NCBI RefSeq assembly: GCF_964213995.1
Contig: NW_027590172.1
Location: forward strand, 806,001-870,000
Source: Mustelus asterias
Taxonomy: Eukaryota
DNA length: 64,000 nt
Direction: 5' to 3'
Position 1 is the first letter of the stretch; each line of letters begins with the position of its first letter. The notes beneath the pieces are model-generated. The model had not been told where the DNA came from, ran no database searches, and saw only the letters and a list, made by a program, of their open reading frames with translations. The position numbers were made by a program, and so were the translations under genes. Below, piece by piece: positions 63,824-64,000 of this stretch.

Positions 63824-64000
63824 ATTGCATTCCAATGCTCTTGACCGAGCTGCTGTGTCGAACCTCACACTTGATTTTGCTGCACTCTCCCTCTGACTCG
63901 GTGATGGTTAACTGGCTGCTCAGGGTATAGGTTCCCTTCGCGTTTCTCACTGATGGATAAGTCTTAAATCCAGTGGCGATCAGCTGCCCATTTTTCTTCC
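63824..64000 (-). CDS. IGHM: IgM heavy chain CH1 exon (3' part; truncated by window edge)
   Basis: (W)[58 protein letters not shown]|GTaagt; phase 1 compatible with CH2. Confidence 0.92.

Overview
Eukaryotic (elasmobranch/shark-type) genomic DNA with two compartments. (1) ~5-54 kb: a cluster of KRAB-less, 'finger-only' C2H2 zinc-finger genes. Six have long ORFs (one has 25 near-identical fingers), two are clear pseudogenes, and there are several relics. Most are arranged head-to-head around CpG-rich NRF1/YY1/ZNF143/CCAAT promoters and share a non-coding architecture: a conserved intronic acceptor module, a 5' leader made of dead fingers with a ~15-codon uORF, a start codon in the position of the finger linker, and a conserved 3' UTR. 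(2) ~56-64 kb, minus strand: the 3' part of an immunoglobulin mu heavy-chain gene (partial CH1, CH2, CH3, CH4+secretory tail, TM1, TM2) with intact splice sites. Everything is embedded in dense, nested retroelements: many CR1 LINEs (one family very young), Rex1/L2/Tx1-like fragments, tRNA-derived SINEs, a solo LTR, a 67-bp minisatellite, and Penelope-like elements whose termini carry minimal hammerhead ribozymes. One hammerhead lies on the sense strand of the IgM CH4-TM intron. Repeat boundaries are approximate and family names come from recalled motifs, not database searches.
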